Shown here in pieces: positions 23,510-33,000 of a stretch of 33,000 bases of DNA. This stretch comes from Octopus bimaculoides (Eukaryota). The stretch's first letter is position 1. Every line of letters begins with the position of its first letter. The notes beneath the pieces were generated by a model. It ran no database searches, was not told the origin of the DNA, and saw only the letters and a program-made list of their open reading frames with translations. The position numbers and the translations under genes were made by a program. The stretch spans positions 60,745,660-60,778,659 of the forward strand of contig NC_068984.1 in assembly GCF_001194135.2 (NCBI RefSeq), in the 5' to 3' direction.

Positions 23510-25105
23510 AGGCTGGAAACATTACAGGCAGTACATGGATTTACCAAAGAAATAAACATGAAATTTGGTTTAGAAAAATGTAGCAAAGCAAACTTGAAAA
23601 GAGGAAAACTAGTTAGGAGTAGCAACATCACACTAGATAAAGCAAATGAAATAAGAGAATTAGACCAAAGCCAGACATACAAATGCTTAGGAATCAAAGA
23701 ACTAGATATGATACAACACACAAATGAAAGAGAAAATAGAAAAAGAATACTATAGATGAGTTAGATTAATACTGAAAAGAGAGCTCAATGTGAAAAACAA
23801 AATAATAGGTATCAACACTCTAGCTGTCCCAGTTATAAGTTACAGCTACAATATCCTTAATTGGACACTAAATGAACTAATCAAAATAGACAGGAAAACA
23901 AGAAAAATAATGACAGGATTTTGGATGCACCACCCAAAATCTGACATAGAAAGGTTATATATACACCATATCAAAGGTAGTAGAGGCCTTATACAGCTAG
24001 AAGACTATTATAAAATAACCATCATAGGACTACAAAAATGCCTACTTCAGAAGCAAAGGAAACTAATACAAATAGCTACAAAACACAAACAAAGCAAAAA
24101 CTGTTTTCAGTCTTCAAGGAAGTTGACAAATGCAAAAATGAAGTCATACTACCTAACAACTATGAAGAAAAAAGAAGAAACAACAAAAGCTGTAAAACAA
24201 ATGAAATCCAAGCTAAAACTGGAACAGCAATAGATCATGATAAAACAATAGCATGAAAAGCCTCTTCATGGCAAATACTGGGTTTAACTAAACTCAAAAG
24301 AAATAGACAAAGCAAAATCTCATCAATGGCTGAGAAGCTTAGGACTCAAAGCAGAGACTGAAAGATTTTTAATTGCAGCACAAGACCAAAGCCTCCCCAC
24401 CAGAAATTACTCAAAACATATACTGATAAGAAACATAATAAGTAACTGCAGAATATGTGAAGATGGACAAGAAACAATAAACCATATTGTCTCTGGCTGC
24501 CCATTCCTGGATAAGAAGGAATATATTCAAAGACACAACAGAGCTGGGACTTACATACATTGGAAGCTATGCCAAAACTATGGAATAACAACAGAAAAAA
24601 AATGGTATAAGCACATGCCAGAAAAGGTTACAGAAAATGAGAAAGCAACCATACTCTGGGATATGCCAATACACACAGATTGAGAAATTAAGGCCAATAG
24701 GCTGCATATAGTTGTCAGAGATCATCAAGAAAAACATGCTTTCTAATTGATGTATCAATACCAACGGATGACAACATTTCTCTAAAAGAAATGGAGAAAC
24801 TTTCAAAATACAAAGACCTGGAAATAGAGGTAACTTGAATGTGGAGTCTAAAAACAGAAATTCCTATCATAATAGGTGTCTTAGGTATGATAAAAAAATA
24901 TTCAGACAAATTATAGCAAAAACACCAGGACTAACAAATATATATAACATTCAGAAACTAGCACTACTAGGCACCACACACATCCTATGTAAAACACTTT
25001 CAATACAGTAACAATAAGAACATCACAAAAGCACATACCCAAGGCACACACAGTTGTGCTCGGTAATGCAGTGAAAGCACATGAAAAAAATAAGACTACT
25101 GAATG
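23510..25105 (+). mobile_element. R4/Dong-like RLE non-LTR retrotransposon, 5'-truncated dead copy B (same subfamily as A)
   Basis: ORF-track fragments 23558-23755 and 23790-24233 (MHHPKSDIERLY...RGLIQLE), CCHC knuckle and RLE endonuclease remnants (DVSIPTDDNISLKEMEKLSKYKDLEIE). The 3' UTR matches copy A and ends in gataattat. Confidence 0.9.
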
Positions 25106-25109
25106 ATAA

Positions 25110-25520
25110 TTATAGTAAACTTAGGAGAGACAAACAAAAGTGCCTAATAACTGACGTGGCAGTACCAGGAGATCAACATATCATCATAAAAGAAGGAGGA
25201 AAGGTTGATAAATATGGAGACCTGAGAATTGAGATTGCTAAGATGTGGCAGCTACGAGAGTCAAACATAAAAGTCATCCTTATTGTCTTTGGAGCATTGG
25301 TTTCAATACCACCCAATCGGAAAAAAAAAACACCTTAAAACTTTAGAAAGACCCTACAATCTACGTGTATAACAAATGTTGGCATTATTTGGAACTGCAC
25401 GCATATTGTGTAAAGTACTGTCTGTCTGAGATTCTTGTTGTGACTAGACAAACACTACAAATCCCCTGTAGACACAATATCTTCAATCAACAACATCACG
25501 ATATTGTGTGACGTCTATAA
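25110..25520 (+). mobile_element. R4/Dong-like 3' fragment (RLE domain plus 3' UTR), subfamily C
   Basis: KCLITDVAVPGDQHIIIKEGGKVDKYGDLRIEIAKMW...VFGAL and LFGTARILCKVLSV*, followed by (TAA)n. Confidence 0.85.
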
Positions 25521-25551
25521 TAATAATAATAATGATAATAATAAATAAGAG

Positions 25552-25765
25552 TTTCAAATTTTGGCACAAGGCCAGTAATTTCATAGGAGTGGGGGCAAGT
25601 AAATTACATTGACTCCAGTGCTTGACTGGTACTTAATTTATCAACCCCAAATGGATGAAAGGCAAAGTCAGCCTGAATGGAATTTGAACTCAAAATGTAA
25701 AGATGGATGAAATGCCACTAAGCATTTTGTCTGTCATGCTAATGATTCTGCCAGCTTTCCACCTT
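25552..25765 (-). mobile_element. SINE family 1
   Basis: ctggtacttaatttatcaacccc...ggatgaaaggcaaagtc...aatttgaactca, between two (TAA)n tracts. Confidence 0.85.
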
Positions 25766-25788
25766 AGATAATAATAATAATAATAATG

Positions 25789-25829
<41 letters not shown>

Positions 25830-26110
25830 CGAATTACTAGTATGGGAAATAAAATATCTGTGGGCAATGGAAAAGGTTGAGGTGGTCCCAGTTGTGGCTA
25901 GGGCACTTGGTACGGTGAGGACCAGAACTGAAATCTATTTTAAAAAAATACGGGACAACATTAGAGTGGGGCACTAACAGAAAACAACATTCCTTGGAAT
26001 TGCTAGAATACTTAGAAAAGTGCTTGACAATGGAAGATGCAACTGCAGTTAACTGGTTGTGGACAATTGGCAACAATATTACCACCAGCAACAAACGCTC
26101 TGTGACACGA
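25830..26110 (+). mobile_element. R4/Dong-like 3' fragment, subfamily D
   Basis: WEIKYLWAMEKVEVVPVVARALGTV...QKTTFLGIARILRKVL, flanked on both sides by (TAA)n. Confidence 0.85.
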
Positions 26111-26145
26111 ATAATAATAATATAATAATAATAATTATAATAATG

Positions 26146-26204
<59 letters not shown>

Positions 26205-26380
26205 CATGATGATAATATGTGTGTTTGTGTGTGCATGTATACACACACAATAAAATAAGTGTATAGTATAACAGAAGACACATATTTGAGAAGCCATGTT
26301 GTAAAACTTCTTGTTTGTGAAGCAAATTTCTTTTCAACTACAGCAAACCATGTGACTATTTACAAATATAATTTTGTTAA

Positions 26381-26584
26381 CCCTTTCGTTACTGCATTTA
26401 TTTTGAGATGGTCTGTGTTTCTTTTAATTACTTTAAATATAACAAAGAATTTAGTAAAAATAACTTAGTTAGGAACATAAATTGTGACTAAGGTTTGGTG
26501 GAAGATTTTAATTGAAAACTTATGAAAACAAGACATCTGTACTCAGAGCCAGAGCTGGTTTCAGCCGGGTTGGTGATGAAAGGG
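26381..26584. mobile_element. piggyBac-like MITE, 204 bp
   Basis: TTAA|ccctttcgttac ... gtgatgaaaggg|TTAA: TTAA duplication, CCC/GGG ends and 10/12 TIR match. Confidence 0.8.
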
Positions 26585-26689
26585 TTAATATATCAAATAT
26601 GTCTAACTAAGATATATGGTGACATTTTAAAGAAAAGTGTAGCTAATCTAATCCAGTCAATAATATTACCGCCAAGAGATAAATTTATG

Positions 26690-26790
26690 GAACAAGGAGA
26701 ATGAAAGACAAAGTTGACATCATCAGGATATGATATGAACACAGAATGAAAAATCATTGGATCAAGACCTGCAAGATATTTTGTTCTGTA
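26690..26790 (-). mobile_element. SINE family 1, partial
   Basis: gaatgaaagacaaagttgac...gaacacagaa, reverse complement of the core. Confidence 0.55.
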
Positions 26791-26813
26791 CTCAAATGAT
26801 AATATTAACCAGG

Positions 26814-26880
<67 letters not shown>

Positions 26881-26881
<1 letters not shown>

Positions 26882-27112
26882 TGTTGGAGCTCTGGGAACA
26901 GTGAGTAAAAACCTTGAGAAGTACATGGAACAGATAGGGGCTGCAATAAGAGTGGAGCACTTGCAGAAAACAACACTGCTTGGAACTACTTGAATACTCC
27001 AGATGGTGCTCAAAAAATAAGGGGTGTTACCTTAGTTCACTGGTAGTGAACAGCTGGCACCATAGTACATCTCCAGTGATAGAAGCTGTGCAAAGACAAT
27101 AAATAATAATTA
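26881..27112 (+). mobile_element. R4/Dong-like 3' fragment, subfamily E
   Basis: VGALGTVSKNLEKYMEQIGAAIRVEHLQKTTLLGT directly after (TAA)n 26813-26880; ends in aataataattataat. Confidence 0.85.
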
Positions 27113-27124
27113 TAATAATCCTGT

Positions 27125-27330
27125 CTACTATAGGCACAAGCCCTGAAATTTTGCAGGAGAGTGTTACTTGATTACATTGTCCCCAGCACTCAACTGCTAC
27201 TTATTTTATCTACCCCAAAAGGATGAATGGCAAAGTTGACCTCAACAGAGTTTGAACTCAGAACGTTAAGACATGAAATACTGCTAAGCATTTTGCCCAG
27301 CATTCTAACAGTTCTGCTAGTTTGCCACCA
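27125..27330 (-). mobile_element. SINE family 1
   Basis: aaaggatgaatggcaaagttgacctc...tttgaactcagaacgt. Confidence 0.85.
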
Positions 27331-27339
27331 AAAATCAGC

Positions 27340-27475
27340 CTTACTTGGAACTGCATGCATATTGTGTAAAGTACTGTCTGTCTGAGGTCCTTGTTGTAAG
27401 TTGACAGACAGTACAAACCCCTGGTAGATGCAATATCTTTAATCATGCTATTGGATGCTGTGTAACAGCTTAAAT
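27340..27475 (+). mobile_element. Second 3' end of subfamily C
   Basis: ttggaactgcatgcatattgtgtaaagtactgtctgtctgag closely matches 25388-25430; followed by (TAA)n. Confidence 0.8.
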
Positions 27476-27535
27476 AATAATAATATCATCATTGTCAATG
27501 ACAGCAACAAGGAAAGTTAGAAGCAAATAATAATA

Positions 27536-27593
<58 letters not shown>

Positions 27594-27858
27594 CAATGAT
27601 AATATTAATAATAATATCATCATTGTCAACAACAGCAACAAGAAAATAGAAACCAATGATAATGATGATGATAATAATAATAATGATGATGATAATAATA
27701 ATAATAATAATATTAATAATAATAATAGTAATAATAATATTAATAATAATAATAGTAATAATAATATTAATAATAATAATAGTAATAATAATAATAATAT
27801 ACGTAAAATAATAATAGTAATATTTAGTAACTGTTATCTTTCTCTAACATAAACTTAC

Positions 27859-27963
27859 TTGTGTATTGTTTTGAGACTTCAACTGCTTCACCAAATAAAT
27901 ATGCTGACTACCTATACCTACCAACCGCCATCGCCGAAAGAAATTGTGTAGCTTGCAAATCAT
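27859..27963 (-). CDS. Candidate first coding exon of an unidentified gene; N-terminus resembles a mitochondrial transit peptide
   Basis: aaaATG at 27963-27961, 35 open codons MICKLHNFFRRWRLVGIGSQHIYLVKQLKSQNNTQ, ending at a consensus donor CAA|gtaagt in phase 0. Arg/Lys-rich with no acidic residues; lies in a CpG-enriched unique segment. No homology recognised. Confidence 0.45.
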
Positions 27964-28260
27964 TTTACTTGAAATTGTATGTGTCGGCTAAAATAGATTG
28001 TAAAATAGTTGTTGGGACTAAGAAGATTTACAGTCATGTATATTCATCCTATTAAATGTAACTGGCCTCGGGGCAAGTTAAAGAAATGACTTTGGAGAGT
28101 AATTGTCGGTTACAAGCCGAGGAAATTGCTATGTCGCTAGAACAAGCCTCTGACACTTAAAATACTTCTCAGCGTGGAATAGTAAATAAGGGAAAAAGAG
28201 AAAGAGATTAAAATGGCAATATGATGCTCGGTACTTCGATATTTTGGCTCAATTGGTTTA
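27920..28260. promoter_or_regulatory. CpG-enriched unique segment, probable promoter/TSS region, possibly bidirectional
   Basis: About 11 CpGs counted by eye in about 340 bp of non-repetitive DNA, whereas other unique sequence in the window is CpG-poor. Contains CCGCCAT (YY1-like core) at 27925-27931. Confidence 0.5.
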
Positions 28261-29529
28261 AGGCTAATAGAACCATTTTGGAGAGTAAAATATTCATTGC
28301 CTCCAACTGTGATATTTAGATTCTTCAAAGAAAAACTCTGTTCTGCTATAGGAATTAACTTTCTTTCTAGCTGTCTAAGAATTAAGGTCATTTGAATCTA
28401 AATAGATTCAAGAGTCAAGCTTTTTTTAAACTTGTTTACTTTATGATTTTCTTTTTGTTTTTTTTTATATTTTTTCATAGGCTGCATTTTGTTGCAAAAT
28501 GTAATTTTTTCTTCAAGAAAGTGAGTGAAAAAGTATATAAAAAGTATTAAAAAAATACAGATAGACAAGAAAACAATTATATTAATTTTCCAGTTACTCA
28601 CTTTACAGATCAGGGGAACTTTCTAAAATTACCCTTGTATATAGTGAATATGGTTTTTTTTTGCTTTATATTTTATATTTTTAATCACAATTATATCAAA
28701 AGACAGTATATTTTCATGTTTCTGTCATCTCTGTAAACAGAACAGCTAATAGTGCTTCTGATTCCCAAGGAATGGCCTAGAAATATTGCAACAATGTTGT
28801 CTGTTTCTGATTTATGCATAGAGTTACAAATTAAGTAATTGAAAATTAGATTAAATCAAGATCCTTTTAGACCTCTATATTGCTAAATCCTTTGCACAGT
28901 CTTACCTGAGCAGTTAAATACTTTAATAGTAAATATACACCAGACTGGGAAAACTGTAATTGTAACAATGAAACCTTTATGTGGTTATTCAATGTCTTAA
29001 AAATAGAAGCCAAATTTACCTAAAATTACAGCCTACTGTCTTGCAATAGGCAAGAACACATTAGATAATGTCACCGTACATACACAATAAAAAGACCAGA
29101 TGATCATGGCTGTGATACTTTGGAACATTTGTTTGTTCAATAGCTGCTTACTTGGGGTTAAACAATGAATGTAATTATGTGTTCCTGACTGAAATTATAT
29201 TATAGTTTCCTTTGTGAATGAATACACTTTGAAATATAATATGCTAACACCCACACACCTGAGCCAACAAAGGGAGCCACTCCATACTTGCTCTACTTCT
29301 TAAAAATAATAACCAAATATCCCTCAGATCATGCCCCTAGTCTAAATAGTCCAAAGTTTCCACCACAAAGGTGAAATATGGGATGGTCTAGGTTGGCATG
29401 GTTTTAATCATCGATGTGCTTGGTCAGAACTGACATGATGTTAAACAACAAAAACAGCTCTCACACAACAATAGTAATATAATAATACTCCTATAATTCA
29501 GAAGTACTAATTGGTTGAATAGTGATGAT

Positions 29530-29840
29530 GTATGGTTTAGTGGTTAAGGCTCTCAACTGTAAGGCCATGAATTCAATTCCCAGTGATGCATTGTGTCCTT
29601 GAGCAAGACACTTTATTTCACATTGATCCATTTCATTCAGCTGGCAAAAATGAGTTGTACCTGTATTTCAAAGGGTCAGTCTTCTTACATTGCGTCATGC
29701 TAAATCTCCCTGAGAATTACGTTAAAGGTATGTGTGTCTGTGGGAGTCCTCAGCCACTTGCTCGTAAATTTCATGGGCAGGATGTTCCATCAATTGGATC
29801 AACTGGAACCCTCACTGTCATAACCAACGGAGTGCTAATT
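29530..29840 (+). mobile_element. tRNA-derived SINE family 3 with a conserved central domain
   Basis: tggtttagtggttaagg A-box, gaattcaattccc B-box, ttgtgtccttgagcaagacact and cagctggcaaaaatgagt core-like segment. Confidence 0.75.
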
Positions 29841-30279
29841 GGTTGAATACCAGTTATGAATTATACATTAAAGAATGTAGTTCTAGATGTGATATACTTG
29901 AAAATAAGATGATATGGTCATGATTGGAAAGTCTTTAATCATCAGGATGAAAGAAAACTTGTGAAGAGCTATGGAACCACATGGCATTAAACTTCTCAGG
30001 GGAGCTCAAAGCTTGTCAACAGATAATGGGAAAATGTTGAAGAAATACTGTCTGATGCACTTTAACAGGATGGATTGTGTGAAAACTAGTTATTGTGTAG
30101 AGCTTAGTCAGCTTTCACTGAGCAGACTAATGATGAAAAGAATTTAAAACACAATTATCTTTGTCATCATAGTTGTCATCATCACAGTCACTGCCACAGG
30201 AAAATGAGAGAGAAGAGAAGGAGAAGAAAGAGAAGATGGCAAAGATCTGCTTTTGTTTTTTCAGTAATAGTACATCCCA

Positions 30280-30470
30280 AAGTTGATCCAGTATGAGCAC
30301 GTGTTTAAGAAGTTCACTTTGCAAGTATGACAGTCTGGGTTCAATCCCACAGTGTGGTATCTTGGGGTCAATGTAAGTATTTGTTGCTTCAAGTTGACCA
30401 TTACCATGTGAATGTAATTTGTCAAATGGAAACTGTATAGAATCCTGTCAGATGGATTGTACATGTAATT
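30280..30470 (+). mobile_element. SINE family 2, decayed head
   Basis: gggttcaatcccacagtgtgg..tcttgggg and aaatggaaactgtatagaatcc. Confidence 0.55.
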
Positions 30471-31629
30471 CTAAAGGTGCAATTTTGTTATACATTCTGT
30501 TACACTGATTCTGACTGAGAATTATGCTAAGGCTTCAAGTGTTTAGGAAATCTGAATTGTTATTTTCAGATGACTAAGATTCAGTAAGACCAACACCAGA
30601 ACCACCATCACCATCACCATCACTGTACCCCAGGTGATGTATCCTTTTTCAAGGTTGTAGAGTATGATTTAAGAGTGATTTGACTGCTATTTCATACAAG
30701 TTTTAATTATCTAGAGACAAGAGAATACAGGAAGCTAGTCACATTACTCCAGGCAATGTGTTGTGTGAGGGAGCCCATTAAGAGGGTGTATTACCTGCAA
30801 ACCATGGAATAGGCCAAGATGCTTTTAAGCAAAGCAAGTTCTCTTAAAGTTCTTATAGACATTCTTGTATTGATTTTTATCTGTTAGTAATATAAGGTGT
30901 AGATACCCACATAAAAAAAGCACATGATCTGGAAAAACTTGCTGAAGAGAATTGAAAGTGCAAAAAGATGTTTTTAGTGATCTGAATTTGACCCCACCCC
31001 CAATCTTCTCTATAGGACAAATAATGCTTACATACATATAATAAATTATATCACATCTTTTGTGAAATAGTGTATATGGATTTTTAAAATAGCCACCGCA
31101 GATCCATACATTTTCGGCACAGTGTAGTTGATTTAATCAAACCCAAGGTGATTTAATAAAACCTAGAAAATAATGAATTTAGAGACAAGTGCGTTGAGAT
31201 AGATGTTCTCAATGCAGAATGAGATATAATTGAATAGCTGGTGACAGCTGGAGTAGTTTGAAGAGTGGCAGAGATATTGCTTGAATTGAAAGAATGAGGA
31301 AGAAAAACTTTGATCTGAAATAACTGGAAGTTTTTGTTATTGATAGCCATCTGGATATCAGTAACTTGATTTTATAGATTGTCAAAGCTGTCACTAAGTG
31401 ATAGACCAGAATGAGAAACTAGCATCCTATCCATGAATAAAGTTGGATTTCCAGTTGATAATAATACAAAAATGTGAATGGGGATTTTTTTTTCCCAAAA
31501 AATTTGAAACCAATATTCTTCTGCTATGGATTGCCTGGTAAAAAAAAGAAAAAAGGAAAAGATTTTAAAAAGTGAGGAATTCACCCTTGTACATGTTTAC
31601 AAACAAACACTTACACACTCACACACTTA

Positions 31630-32140
31630 TATACATACATACATATATACATACATGCATACATACATACATACATACATACATACAAGAGACCAAAGTG
31701 TATGTACGCTGCCATATGTATATAAAAAAGAATAGAAAAGTGGGACAAGAACGCAAAACATTGAAACAACTGATAAAAAAAAGGGACAAGACAAAACAAG
31801 GATGGGTCATTCAAAGTTTTCTTTCCTCAGTCAAGTTCCTGATTATCTTTGCAATTTCGGCTGGTTATACTTGAGATTTCTCCAGATAAATTAGTTTTTC
31901 CTTGGGGCTGGCCAGATTGGAGCAATCTTGAGTATAACCAGTCGAAATTGCAAAGATTATCTGGAAAGAAAACTCTGAATGACCCATCCTGGTTTTATCT
32001 TGTTCCTTTTTTGTATCATCTAACTGTCTGGATGTTTTGCGTTCTTGTCCCATTTTGTATTCCTTTTTATATACAAACATACATACATACATGTGTGTGT
32101 ATGTATGTATGTATGTATGTATGTATGTATGTATGTATGT
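31630..32140. repeat. Long imperfect palindrome of a dispersed repeat terminus, capped by (TACA)n and (TATG)n
   Basis: tgggacaagaacgcaaaacat...gatgggtcattc...tgcaatttcggctggttatac (31741-31870) is mirrored at 31918-32060; loop of about 33 nt. Confidence 0.9.
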
Positions 32141-32363
32141 GTGTGTGTATGCATTGATATTTACCATATTTTGCAGAGAGGTTTTAATGCAACCCAGAAT
32201 AATGCATAAATAAAAAATACTGGGTCTGGAGTCCCTAGAGATAAAACAGAAATGAGTAAAAAAGAGATATAGAGAGACTGAAAGTTGTAAAGGAGTGTTA
32301 GTGTGTGCTACAGAAACGGTCAGTTCAACATGGCAAAACTCCATAGTTTTCTTTCTCAACAAG

Positions 32364-32402
32364 GGTCTGAGACAGTCTTTCACAGCTTCTGAAGGTAAAC
32401 TG
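32364..32402 (+). CDS. Candidate short exon (GLRQSFTASEGKL), product unknown
   Basis: ttttctttctcaacaag|GGT...CTG|gtaagt, 39 nt, phase 0-0. The frame is also open further upstream. No confident homology. Confidence 0.25.
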
Positions 32403-33000
32403 GTAAGTCTATGTTTTCTTCGTCTTTAGTTCTATGTCACATGATCACAGGTCATGCTCAGTAGACATATTTTCATCAAAATATTTTACTACAGAACTAA
32501 GAAATATTGTCTGCTCGTAGACAATGCTCTTGCTGAATAAATCATTTTTTGGCTAGAATTGCTTCGAACAAAATCATCAACATTGTCCAAGGGAAGGTGA
32601 AATCAAAGGCAGCATTTTGAGATACTATATTAGTTATTCTATATATTGCTGGCTGGGAGTTGAATCACTGCTATCTCTAGCAGTTAAGTGTCTATCATTG
32701 ACAAGACCAAGGAAGATCAAAATCATATGATCTGGTAGTCTTGGTGCTGGAAATAGCTGGGATTTATCTCCCTGCTAGTGATATACACAAGAGTGTATTT
32801 TGCATCTAAAATCCAATATGAGAGTTTCTCTCATGGTATCTATGGCAGTATAGTTTGTTCTAACAAAACATCCACATTTAAGTAGAGATAAATATTACCT
32901 CCAAGTATTAATACTGCCTCTGTCACTAATACACACTATATTAGTTTGAGTGAGCAAATGTGTGTGTATGTATGTGTGTACTTGTGTGAGCATATGTTAT

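Noticed and set aside
28602-30880. Minus-strand exon-like segments 30880-30795, 29019-28906 and 28622-28602
   Set aside because: Each has an open frame and plausible splice sites, but the first two are phase-incompatible, none shows homology, and they lie upstream of the inferred promoter. Kept only as weak candidates.
32364-32402. Resemblance of GLRQSFTASEGKL to the family A DNA polymerase segment before motif A
   Set aside because: 13 aa only, and no following ADYSQIELR-type exon is visible; no gene name assigned.

Overview
AT-rich eukaryotic draft-assembly DNA with five N gaps, dominated by microsatellites and decayed transposons. The tRNA-derived SINE families look cephalopod, most likely Octopus; this is recognition from memory, not a database result. 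It is not prokaryotic, and almost all ORFs in the supplied track are microsatellite or retroelement artefacts. One host exon is recognisable: the terminal coding exon of decaprenyl-diphosphate synthase subunit 2 (PDSS2, + strand, 18690-18842). A CpG-enriched promoter-like segment near 27.9-28.3 kb holds a candidate first exon of a minus-strand gene with a transit-peptide-like N-terminus, pointing towards PDSS2. The most notable structures are: (i) a 21.5-27.8 kb (TAA)n field filled with at least four subfamilies of R4/Dong-like RLE retrotransposons, with SINEs always in the opposite orientation; (ii) a foldback element with converging telomere-like repeats and a preserved empty-site paralogue beside it; (iii) two long hairpin-forming inverted repeats; (iv) hammerhead-ribozyme-like relics in suspected Penelope-like termini. 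No new protein-coding system can be supported from the sequence alone. Repeat boundaries are approximate unless termini are quoted.
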